Shown here piece after piece: positions 1 to 7,640 of a stretch of 64,000 nt of DNA. Under the pieces are notes generated by a model, which saw only the letters and a list, made by a program, of their open reading frames with translations, did no database searches and was not told where the DNA came from. Origin of the DNA: an uncultured virus (IMG/VR IMGVR_UViG_3300048549_001676) (Duplodnaviria > Heunggongvirae > Uroviricota > Caudoviricetes); the IMG/VR virus record IMGVR_UViG_3300048549_001676; one strand, 5' to 3'. How positions within the stretch are numbered: position 1 is the first letter of the stretch; every line of letters starts with the position of its first letter. The position numbers were made by a program, and so were the translations under genes.

Positions 1-331
1 GTACTTGTTTGCCTAGTTTTTCAAGGTCTGATGTAATCTGTGTATGATTATGCAGTTTCTCGTATGTTAAATCAAGTGTAGGGTCTGTAATAAGAGGAAA
101 TCCTGCACAAGTAAGACGATAATGTGATATACCTTTTGATTCACAATGATCAATTACAATTCCTGTAACATCTATGTTTGTAAGAATTCTTTCCGACAAT
201 TCTTTAATAGCATGATCACGACCATGAAGTTTTGTTAAATCATTAAATCGTTTGCGTGTCATGGTACGAAACGCAATTTCTTTATTGATGCTTTTTAGTT
301 GCTCGGAGATACATACAAGTCCTAGTTTCAT
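1..331 (-). CDS. uvsE: UV DNA damage endonuclease UvsE/UvdE (5' part; runs off window)
   Basis: Manual translation from ATG at 331: MKLGLVCISEQLKSINKEIAFRTMTRKRFN...ELSERILTNIDVTGIVIDHCESKGISHYRLTCAGFPLITDP, matching the UvsE N-terminal pattern; not in ORF track (no stop in window). Confidence 0.8.
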   Translation of the reverse strand, partial: MKLGLVCISEQLKSINKEIAFRTMTRKRFNDLTKLHGRDHAIKELSERILTNIDVTGIVIDHCESKGISHYRLTCAGFPLITDPTLDLTYEKLHNHTQITSDLEKLGKQV

Positions 332-338
332 ATAATAC

Positions 339-367
339 AATATAATTCAATTATTATAAAAAGTCAA
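339..367 (-). promoter_or_regulatory. sigma70-like promoter (TTGACT-N17-TATATT), probably leaderless uvsE transcript
   Basis: Hexamers read directly; ATG 7 nt after the -10 box. Confidence 0.6.
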
Positions 368-369
368 AT

Positions 370-618
370 CTATTTTTTGAATGCAGAATAAAATCTTACA
401 CTCATATAATCGTCTGTTTGATCAAGTGCTTCTATTTCTGATATTACCCACCCCATATCTGCGAGTCGTGGATATATCATAGGAAAGAATTTTTTGCGAC
501 AACGATATAAAATACAATTATCTATATCAATAATATCAAATTCGGTTTCCGCAAATTCTTCTAACAATGCAATTGCTTTTGGTTTCAAGACAATAAAAAG
601 ATTGCAACACAACCACAA
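370..618 (-). CDS. hypothetical protein
   Basis: 82-aa ORF in the minus-strand gene run; start uncertain. Confidence 0.5.
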   Translation of the reverse strand: MWLCCNLFIVLKPKAIALLEEFAETEFDIIDIDNCILYRCRKKFFPMIYPRLADMGWVISEIEALDQTDDYMSVRFYSAFKK

Positions 619-950
619 AACATTCCAAGTGCAGGTAAATATCTCGCAAAATCATCACGCACACGAAAGTGCATATACAATGCACCCAACATAAAAAATG
701 CTAATGATAACGCAGCCGGTTTAGTTAAATAAGGAACAAAAATTGCAATTAGTAATGATATCGCAAGAAGTGGTTTTATGATACTTGTAATTGCATACAT
801 TTGTTTGCTCAATCCATACTTCTCAAATTCTTCTTGCAAATTTCTCGCAGAAGCACCACGGAATCTTGTTTGCTTTGAAGCACGAAAAAACCATACATTT
901 AAGACGGTAAGTGCAACAATTATTTGTAAACACAATGCTATTTCAATCAT
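585..950 (-). CDS. DoxX-family membrane protein
   Basis: Four hydrophobic segments; NVW..R...FRG.....L.EEF..YGL and MLGALYMHFRVRD motifs. Confidence 0.8.
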   Translation of the reverse strand: MIEIALCLQIIVALTVLNVWFFRASKQTRFRGASARNLQEEFEKYGLSKQMYAITSIIKPLLAISLLIAIFVPYLTKPAALSLAFFMLGALYMHFRVRDDFARYLPALGMFCGCVAIFLLS

Positions 951-951
951 A

Positions 952-1104
952 TTAACTAAATATTATACCGAGAACTATAAAAATGAGAATATAAGGAGTT
1001 AAATAAAAAATTGACTCTGTGATGCAACGACTCCAGAAATCAGTATACTCATCATGCATTTCTTTAATTTGCTTTTGAGTAGGTTTTTTAATTCGTTTTG
1101 CCAT
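952..1104 (-). CDS. small hypothetical membrane protein
   Basis: MAKRIKKPTQKQ... with C-terminal hydrophobic helix; ATG directly after upstream stop. Confidence 0.55.
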   Translation of the reverse strand: MAKRIKKPTQKQIKEMHDEYTDFWSRCITESIFYLTPYILIFIVLGIIFS

Positions 1105-1105
1105 T

Positions 1106-1447
1106 TTATTGTTTAAATGCAGTACGAACTTCATCCATAAGTTCATCAACGTTATGCTCTGGTAAAATCATTTTAGAATCATCATCATCTTCCATACAAC
1201 TACTCAAACTAACTAATGTTTCTACTACATCAATTTCATTTGGTATCTTGACTTCACATTTTGTGACGTCCGCAACTACACCAGAATTTACTTTCCCAAC
1301 TTCGCATATTACTTTCGTTCCAAACTTTTGTCTTTTCTCTAAATCCAAATTCTTAATAGCATTTCTAATAGTATCTTGTATTTCAGGTTCAGTAAAATAG
1401 TCTGAATTATATGTAACTTCCACTTCAAATTTACATTTTTTTGTCAT
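1106..1447 (-). CDS. hypothetical protein
   Basis: 113-aa ORF downstream of a consensus promoter. Confidence 0.65.
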   Translation of the reverse strand: MTKKCKFEVEVTYNSDYFTEPEIQDTIRNAIKNLDLEKRQKFGTKVICEVGKVNSGVVADVTKCEVKIPNEIDVVETLVSLSSCMEDDDDSKMILPEHNVDELMDEVRTAFKQ

Positions 1448-1457
1448 ATCATTTATT

Positions 1458-1486
1458 AATGTATATTATGATAAATTATTTGTCAA
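1458..1486 (-). promoter_or_regulatory. sigma70-like promoter (TTGACA-N17-TACATT)
   Basis: Hexamers and spacing read directly. Confidence 0.6.
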
Positions 1487-1794
1487 CTTCCTTCTTCGTA
1501 AATTTCTAGTCCTCTTGCTGAAATTTCGTTGCAAATGGACATTGGCAATCCATCACACACAATTATCTGACCATCTTCTTTTATTTCTATCTTGCCAAAA
1601 TCACGAACCATTGGATTTCCATCTTTGTCACTTCCAGCATAAACTAACGTTCTACCTTTGATACTACCATTCTCTAATGTTTCATCAATTTCATAGCACA
1701 TTTTTGAGAAACCACTATAAAAATCATCATCTGAATCATATTGAGGAAAATGATTAGAAAATGCCTCAAGAGTTGCTTTTACCTGTGGACTCAT
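1483..1794 (-). CDS. hypothetical protein
   Basis: 103-aa ORF, ATGA overlap with upstream gene. Confidence 0.65.
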   Translation of the reverse strand: MSPQVKATLEAFSNHFPQYDSDDDFYSGFSKMCYEIDETLENGSIKGRTLVYAGSDKDGNPMVRDFGKIEIKEDGQIIVCDGLPMSICNEISARGLEIYEEGS

Positions 1795-2165
1795 GACGCA
1801 TTAGTAGGAACGCAATCAACATAATCCTTTTCGTCCAAGAAAAATCCTTGGTCACGTGCAGAATCATTTTGACCTTGAAATCCAGGTTGATTATTTTCTT
1901 CGTAACAAGCAGTATGATAAAAAGTTGCTTGGTGTTCGTTGTCTAAACAAATGCTTTCGGCATTTTCATCTATGTCCCAATTACTACCATATGCGTGTTC
2001 ATCGGTACGATTATAGATATTTCCATATCCATCATATTCTCCTTGAATCACTTCTCCTGTGTCCATAACCATCGTAATCTTGTTCATCCAATCAATTTCC
2101 TTGGGTGAATAAGGTGACACGATGCTCTTTCCACAACACTTACAATTCCAACTAAAAAATCCCAT
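1791..2165 (-). CDS. phage hypothetical protein (MGFFSWNCKCCGKSI... / GEYDGYG)
   Basis: Start re-assigned to the ATG after AAGGAG; CxxC and YDGYG motif typical of small phage proteins. Confidence 0.65.
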   Translation of the reverse strand: MGFFSWNCKCCGKSIVSPYSPKEIDWMNKITMVMDTGEVIQGEYDGYGNIYNRTDEHAYGSNWDIDENAESICLDNEHQATFYHTACYEENNQPGFQGQNDSARDQGFFLDEKDYVDCVPTNAS

Positions 2166-2181
2166 TTTATTTATCTCCTTT

Positions 2182-2622
2182 TTATATTTGTGTTTCGTAA
2201 TACAATTCTTCGTCAATTCTATTAATCTCGGAAGTTGCGTTTGGTTCATAAACCGTGTAATAATCAAACTCCCTACGAAGTTCCTTAAAATAATTTGCAA
2301 CAACATTACTAAAAATCAACATTGGATCATCAAGAACTTCGGCACGAAACTTCATTTGCTTGCTGATGTACTTTGCCATTGCAATAAATGCTTCATCAGA
2401 AGAATCACGAACATGACTCCAATCCCAAACCAAATCACGGATTGTATCCATGTCGTAATCTCCGTCTTGTAAATTACCGAATCCATCGGCATGAAGATAA
2501 CGAGTATTAGAATCAATAGTCGCATTTATGTGTTCTCTATTTTCACCGGTATGATGAAGAAACGACATAACATAATCGTTTGCTAATCGTGAAACAACAG
2601 GGTTAGATAATTCGGTAATCAT
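2182..2622 (-). CDS. hypothetical protein
   Basis: Start re-assigned to MITELSN (the longer ORF start lies within the promoter). Confidence 0.6.
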   Translation of the reverse strand: MITELSNPVVSRLANDYVMSFLHHTGENREHINATIDSNTRYLHADGFGNLQDGDYDMDTIRDLVWDWSHVRDSSDEAFIAMAKYISKQMKFRAEVLDDPMLIFSNVVANYFKELRREFDYYTVYEPNATSEINRIDEELYYETQI

Positions 2623-2677
2623 TTTCTCTCTTTCGTTTGAATTTTTAATTTGGTTCTTTCTCACTCTCAATACAAGT

Positions 2678-2706
2678 ATACTACCAAATTTATTATAAAA
2701 AGTCAA
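2678..2706 (-). promoter_or_regulatory. sigma70-like promoter (TTGACT-N17-TAGTAT, TGn extension)
   Basis: Shares TTGACTTTTTATAATAA with the uvsE promoter. Confidence 0.55.
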
Positions 2707-3425
2707 GCCTTCTTTTTTCTAATTGCGTTGTTTTCTCGGATTTCTTTGCTTTTTTGAATAGTTCTTTTCCAAAGCATTGCAATTACCAAACCACCAATTG
2801 CTCCACCGAGATGTGCATAATGTGCAACATTTTGCATTGGACTATAAACTATAAAGTAAATCTCGTTAATTACATAAATTAGTATAATCAATCTTGCTGA
2901 AATGGATAATTTTGGAAAAAACGGAAACGACAATCTAGCAGTTGGAAACAAGCAAGTAAATGCAATCATACAGCCAAACACTCCTGCGGAAGCACCTATT
3001 ACAAGTTTATTCAATTCAGAAAGATAGTTCGTTCCATATTCCATTGATATTGCAACTTGGTCAAAAAATGTTTCAGGATAAATTGGAAATAAAGTACCTG
3101 AAATTTGATATATGTTGTATCCAGTGGAGCAAGTTTCTACTATTCCACCAAGTATTGTGGAAAACATAAATAATAATATCAAATTTCTTGCTCCAAACAT
3201 TATCTCAATACGGGACCCGAATATAATCAACATAATCATATTAACTAATATATGATACACATCACCATGAAGAAATCCATAAGTCAAAAATTGTATCGTA
3301 TCAAAATTTGAACTTCCTATATAAGACAATCCAAATGTATAATCTAAACTTGGATGATAAATGTGCTGAAATAAATAAGTTAAAGCACATACCCATATCA
3401 AGCATCTAATGCCAGATAAATACAT
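2703..3425 (-). CDS. rhomboid-family intramembrane serine protease
   Basis: FLHGD.YHILVNM, GASAGVFG (catalytic Ser) and AHYAHLGGAIGG (catalytic His) motifs. Confidence 0.92.
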   Translation of the reverse strand: MYLSGIRCLIWVCALTYLFQHIYHPSLDYTFGLSYIGSSNFDTIQFLTYGFLHGDVYHILVNMIMLIIFGSRIEIMFGARNLILLFMFSTILGGIVETCSTGYNIYQISGTLFPIYPETFFDQVAISMEYGTNYLSELNKLVIGASAGVFGCMIAFTCLFPTARLSFPFFPKLSISARLIILIYVINEIYFIVYSPMQNVAHYAHLGGAIGGLVIAMLWKRTIQKSKEIRENNAIRKKKA

Positions 3426-3625
3426 CAGCAGGAATAGTACATATTAGGACCAGTGATCACATAACTGAAGTTATCTTTTTTACCGAGACGAGTTTTACTT
3501 TCGTTTAAATAATTTAATGCTTCTTTTTCTGTATCAAATGTTTTCACAAACACAAGATTTCCACTTTTTTTACTTGAAACTTTGAGTGTATGTGGTTGAT
3601 TAGATAAATTAGTATAATTGTTCAT
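3425..3625 (-). CDS. hypothetical protein
   Basis: 66-aa ORF, stop abuts rhomboid start. Confidence 0.6.
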   Translation of the reverse strand: MNNYTNLSNQPHTLKVSSKKSGNLVFVKTFDTEKEALNYLNESKTRLGKKDNFSYVITGPNMYYSC

Positions 3626-3699
3626 GATTTTAAGATTCCCACATTATAATCATCATTACGAGTAAAATCAATAATATTAATCCCCAGTTAGCACTTTTT

Positions 3700-4068
3700 T
3701 CATTCATATCTTAGTTTATTTATTAGTTTTAGTAGTTTATGTAAAATTGCTCCACAGATTAGTCCTGACCACCCTGCAAGCAAATCATTAAATCCAAAAT
3801 AACGATTTGGTAAAAATATCTGAATTGTTTCTTCTATTGATATTATTACCATCAATACAGCAAGAATTTTCCACCAAGAAAATCTGCATGAAAATGACAT
3901 CATTGATAGCAATGACAATATAGAAGCAAGTACAAGGTGTAATATTTTGTCACCACCAATCCAAACTTCCAGTTGATTTGTAAAGTCACCCCCACATATT
4001 TTTGAAATCACAAGATAACCTATGAAGATAATAAAACCGGTCAACAATGTTAGTGATATTTTCTGCAT
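3700..4068 (-). CDS. VanZ-like membrane protein
   Basis: GGDKILH, EETIQIFLPNRYFGFNDLLAG motifs. Confidence 0.8.
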   Translation of the reverse strand: MQKISLTLLTGFIIFIGYLVISKICGGDFTNQLEVWIGGDKILHLVLASILSLLSMMSFSCRFSWWKILAVLMVIISIEETIQIFLPNRYFGFNDLLAGWSGLICGAILHKLLKLINKLRYE

Positions 4069-4071
4069 TAC

Positions 4072-4242
4072 TTATTTTAAAATTGATTTGAGTTTGAATG
4101 CAAGATTCTCAATTAAAGTTTTATGAGGTCTTTTAATTGTCATTATCACGGAATTAAATTTCACAGTACCACCCTTCCGCAATAATGCTTTGTACAATTT
4201 CGGATTTTTTGCTCTCGTTATTAAAATTATTCTCTCCATCAT
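4072..4242 (-). CDS. small basic hypothetical protein (56 aa)
   Basis: Manual translation MMERIILITRAKNPKLYKALLRKGG...; fills the gap and follows an ATATTTAT motif. Confidence 0.4.
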   Translation of the reverse strand: MMERIILITRAKNPKLYKALLRKGGTVKFNSVIMTIKRPHKTLIENLAFKLKSILK

Positions 4243-4279
4243 TCATAAATATATAATATAATTAAATTAAATATAATTC

Positions 4280-4315
4280 AAAAAAGAACCACCCCAAAAC
4301 AAAAGGGTGGTTCTT
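4280..4315 (-). terminator. intrinsic terminator
   Basis: AAGAACCACCC/GGGTGGTTCTT inverted repeat followed by a T-run on the minus strand. Confidence 0.75.
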
Positions 4316-4347
4316 AATCAACTTACTAACATAGACTACCTTTATTC

Positions 4348-4641
4348 CTACTCATCGTAATCTTCATCTTCTTCATCTTCTTCATCAAATTCTCCAAATG
4401 CATCTCGCATATAAGGTGAAACCGCACTCATATCATAAGTATTTTCATCATACTCATCATAGTCTATTTCATCTTCCTCTTCCAAAACTGAATCTAATCT
4501 TTCATATTCATCTTGAACATCTTCTTTCGTTGGTTGAACAACATAATCTGCTGATGAACCTTCCTCTGCATCTTTTTCTGCTTTCATTTCAACGAATAAT
4601 TTTTGAAGTGAAAGAGGTAAATCTTTAATTTGCTTGTGCAT
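4348..4641 (-). CDS. highly acidic hypothetical protein
   Basis: 97 aa, D/E-dominated C-terminal half. Confidence 0.7.
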   Translation of the reverse strand: MHKQIKDLPLSLQKLFVEMKAEKDAEEGSSADYVVQPTKEDVQDEYERLDSVLEEEDEIDYDEYDENTYDMSAVSPYMRDAFGEFDEEDEEDEDYDE

Positions 4642-4691
4642 TATTTTATACTTTTGTTAATTAATAAACAGGATAATTAGAAACATTATGA

Positions 4692-5243
4692 TTAACTTGC
4701 TCCCCCGTTACGAATTCGTTGAAGTTGTTCTTGTGCACGTCGTTCTCTTTCTTGAAATTCAAGCAATGCTCTGCGACGTTCTTCTTGAATTCTGCGAATT
4801 TCTAGTTCACGGTGCAGTTCTGCTTCCCGTTGTTCTGCACGATGTCTTGCTTGAGTAATTTCATCTGTACTATTATTTCCACCATAATTAGAATTCGTGT
4901 TACGCATTTGTTGATAACGATATTGACGTTGACGTTCTTGTTCTCGTCTACGCAGTTCTTCACGATGTGCCATTTCTCTTTTTTGTTGCTCCCATCTTTG
5001 TTGCTCGGCACGGTGATCCGCTCCCTTTCCACTTTTGTTTCCGATAATCATTCCAAGAACCGAACCAATAATGATTCCTTCTTTCTGCTTACCATGCTGA
5101 TGTCCGATAATTCCACCGATTGTTGCACCACTCAAACCACCACCTACGGTACGTTGAGTTTGCTTTTGACCCCATCCATCTGCCATCAAACTATTTCCGA
5201 TAAAAGTAGATGCGATTGCGATTAATAGTAATTTATTTCTCAT
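4692..5243 (-). CDS. secreted glycine-zipper protein with Q/R/E-rich coiled tail
   Basis: Signal peptide; GGGLSGATIGGIIGHQ...GIIIGSVLGMIIGN glycine zipper. Confidence 0.75.
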   Translation of the reverse strand: MRNKLLLIAIASTFIGNSLMADGWGQKQTQRTVGGGLSGATIGGIIGHQHGKQKEGIIIGSVLGMIIGNKSGKGADHRAEQQRWEQQKREMAHREELRRREQERQRQYRYQQMRNTNSNYGGNNSTDEITQARHRAEQREAELHRELEIRRIQEERRRALLEFQERERRAQEQLQRIRNGGAS

Positions 5244-5287
5244 TTTTTTCTCTTTCTTATGTTGTTAATAATTGATTTAATAATAAG

Positions 5288-5316
5288 ACATTACCACAGA
5301 TATTCTTAAAAGTCAA
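5288..5316 (-). promoter_or_regulatory. sigma70-like promoter (TTGACT-N17-TAATGT, TGn extension)
   Basis: Hexamers read directly. Confidence 0.5.
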
Positions 5317-5339
5317 GCATTTTATTATAAAAACTCAAT

Positions 5340-6215
5340 TTATTTTAAGGATTTTTCAATTAACTCGGTTATTTCATTGGTATTCAAAACTTTATGCGTC
5401 TTGGCAACGAAACCATTTTTGTGGGCAAATAATACTTTTTCATCGTTTTCAATTGCAGAATAATCAATCAAAGGTGAATCATTGACACGATATAAACACA
5501 ATCCATCTCCTCTGTCATCGTGAGTTACCGTTGCAATTGCAGTTGGATATTTTTCATCAACAAAAGCACTAAGTGCAAATATTGGATCATTTACTCCGTC
5601 TATTTTCAAAGAAAGCACAATTTGATTTCCATTTACATCAATGGTGGATACGGATTCATCAAGTTGTTTCCATCGTTGAGTGAATAATTCAAGTGTTTTG
5701 AGCAACTCAATTCCAAGTGTTGCTAATATTCCCAAGTAAATTGGATTTTGTGCGTTTTCAAAAGACTTTCCAAACAAATGTAGCATTGTTTCCTCTATTG
5801 GTGAGAATGTATAATCTGATATAGCAGACCACTCTACTCCAACATCCTTTGCAACCTCGTATGGACCTTTACTATCAAACTTTTCGGTTGGTTTTAACCA
5901 TCTAAAAGCACGAACTGCTTCATTGTAAATTGTCATATCTTTTAAAATCAATGATAATGCACAACACGGTTCATGGTTTCTATCAAACTGGTGATGATCA
6001 AAATTACTTAAATGTGATTCGTGTCGTTCTCCTATATCTATAACTACCACATTTGGATCATTGAGTTCTGACTCGGTTGGGTCTCGGCGGTAAACTGACG
6101 GCATATTTTGATGTTCTGAACACATTGCCAAAACAAAACACACCGACAAAAAGTCATCTCTATGAGCATGACCCGAATGAGTGACTATCTTGGTAACATT
6201 TTTAAAGTCTATCAT
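5340..6215 (-). CDS. MYG1-family (DHH-type) hydrolase/exonuclease
   Basis: IVTHSGHAHRDD, VVIDIG, NFDHHQ and FAHKNGFVAK motifs. Confidence 0.8.
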   Translation of the reverse strand: MIDFKNVTKIVTHSGHAHRDDFLSVCFVLAMCSEHQNMPSVYRRDPTESELNDPNVVVIDIGERHESHLSNFDHHQFDRNHEPCCALSLILKDMTIYNEAVRAFRWLKPTEKFDSKGPYEVAKDVGVEWSAISDYTFSPIEETMLHLFGKSFENAQNPIYLGILATLGIELLKTLELFTQRWKQLDESVSTIDVNGNQIVLSLKIDGVNDPIFALSAFVDEKYPTAIATVTHDDRGDGLCLYRVNDSPLIDYSAIENDEKVLFAHKNGFVAKTHKVLNTNEITELIEKSLK

Positions 6216-6454
6216 AATACAGTAGTAATGGTGGACCCGGCAGGATTTGAACCTGCGACCAAAGGATTATGAGTCCCCTGCTCTGACCACTGAGCTACGG
6301 GTCCGTTGAATGCAGATTGTATTTTATTTCGCATATTAGTGTAAAATAATATTCTACGTTGTGCGTTATTGTCAATAGCAATTTGCAAGTTTTCTTCTAC
6401 GGACTGAGCAATGGTGATCAATTCCTCGGATGTAACGTTTAGTTTGTGAATCAT
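6212..6454 (-). CDS. hypothetical protein reading through the tRNA
   Basis: 80 aa from MIHKLN; ATG 7 nt after a -10 box; TGA overlaps the MYG1 ATG (ATGA). Confidence 0.4.
   Translation of the reverse strand: MIHKLNVTSEELITIAQSVEENLQIAIDNNAQRRILFYTNMRNKIQSAFNGPVAQWSEQGTHNPLVAGSNPAGSTITTVL
6229..6304 (-). tRNA. tRNA-Ile2 (anticodon CAT, lysidine type), CCA encoded
   Basis: GGACCCGTAGCTCAGTGGTCAGAGCAGGGGACTCATAATCCTTTGGTCGCAGGTTCAAATCCTGCCGGGTCCACCA folds as a cloverleaf; C4:G69 and C5:G68 pairs and overall ileX-like sequence; no C1:A72 mismatch. Confidence 0.88.
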
Positions 6455-6461
6455 GGTTATC

Positions 6462-6489
6462 ATAGTAAACTAATCTTATAATAAGTCAA
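6462..6489 (-). promoter_or_regulatory. sigma70-like promoter (TTGACT-N16-TACTAT)
   Basis: Hexamers read directly, just after the galE terminator. Confidence 0.5.
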
Positions 6490-6514
6490 GAAAAAAGATT
6501 TACTTATAAAAGAC

Positions 6515-6547
6515 GAGTGGACGGAAATACCCCATTTCCGTCCACTC
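6515..6547 (-). terminator. strong hairpin / terminator after galE
   Basis: Perfect 14-bp stem GAGTGGACGGAAAT/ATTTCCGTCCACTC, followed by GTCTTTT on the minus strand. Confidence 0.7.
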
Positions 6548-6578
6548 TATGTGACCAATTAGTTTGGTAGCGAACCAA

Positions 6579-7640
6579 CTAAAGTTTTTTATTTTTATGA
6601 TTGCAACATCCACCACCACAACATTTTCTTGAAATATTGTTCTGCCATTTCCAAACTGATGTTACCATTTCTTTTAATCCAAGTTCTGCTTCCCAATTTA
6701 ATAATTCTTTTGCATAACTCGGATCAGCATATATTGCCTCAACATCACCTTTTCTGCGATTTCCGTAGTGTGTATTTACTTTAATGTTGTTTTCTTTTTC
6801 AAATGCTTCTAATACTTCTTTTACAGAATATCCTGTACCAGTTCCTAAATTTACAGGTTCTGCTTTTAAATTCTTTTTTGACGAAATCTTTAATGCCTTG
6901 ACGTGTGCTTTTGCCAAATCCACTACATGAATATAATCACGAACACAAGTTCCATCTTTTGTATTATAGTCTGTTCCAAATACAGTTAATAATTCTCGCT
7001 GTCCACTTGCAGTTTGAGCAACATAAGGTAACAAGTTATCAGGAGTACCATTTGGAAGTTCTCCGATATAAGCAGTTTCATGTGCTCCTATTGGATTAAA
7101 ATAACGAAGCAATATACTATTAAAGTCGTGTTCATTATGAAAATCTTTTATCATTTGTTCACATATTTGCTTTGTTCTTCCGTAAACACTTTCCGCAGGT
7201 TTTTGTAAAGTTTGCTCTGTGACTGGTAAATCATCTGCTTGACCATAAACTGTACAACTACTACTAAAAACAAGATTATCTGCTTTATAGTATTTCATTG
7301 CTTTAAGCAAATTATTTGTACCAGTTACATTGTTATCATAATATTTGCTTGGTTCTTTCATACTTTCACCGACACTTTTACAAGCAGCGAAATGAATTAC
7401 ACCAACAGTATCTAATTGATAATATCCAAGCAACGATTCTAATTTAAAATAATCACGAATATCAAGATTTATAAATTCTATCTTTTTGCCAGTTATTTTT
7501 TCAATTCCATCAATTACTTTTTCCGAAGAATTTGACAAATTATCAACAACCACAACATTATAGTTTGCATTTAATAATTCTACAACGGTATGACTACCGA
7601 TGTATCCAAGACCACCCGTTACAATTACCGAATTTTTCAC
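6579..7640 (-). CDS. galE: UDP-glucose 4-epimerase
   Basis: TGGLGYIGSHT, HFAACKSVGES, YGRTK, LRYFNPIGAH, DGTCVRDYIHVVDLA. Confidence 0.95.
   Translation of the reverse strand: MKNSVIVTGGLGYIGSHTVVELLNANYNVVVVDNLSNSSEKVIDGIEKITGKKIEFINLDIRDYFKLESLLGYYQLDTVGVIHFAACKSVGESMKEPSKYYDNNVTGTNNLLKAMKYYKADNLVFSSSCTVYGQADDLPVTEQTLQKPAESVYGRTKQICEQMIKDFHNEHDFNSILLRYFNPIGAHETAYIGELPNGTPDNLLPYVAQTASGQRELLTVFGTDYNTKDGTCVRDYIHVVDLAKAHVKALKISSKKNLKAEPVNLGTGTGYSVKEVLEAFEKENNIKVNTHYGNRRKGDVEAIYADPSYAKELLNWEAELGLKEMVTSVWKWQNNISRKCCGGGCCNHKNKKL

Noticed and set aside
6229..6304. tRNA-Met/fMet call
   Set aside because: No C1:A72 mismatch and no G29-G31 triple; acceptor stem and overall sequence fit Ile2
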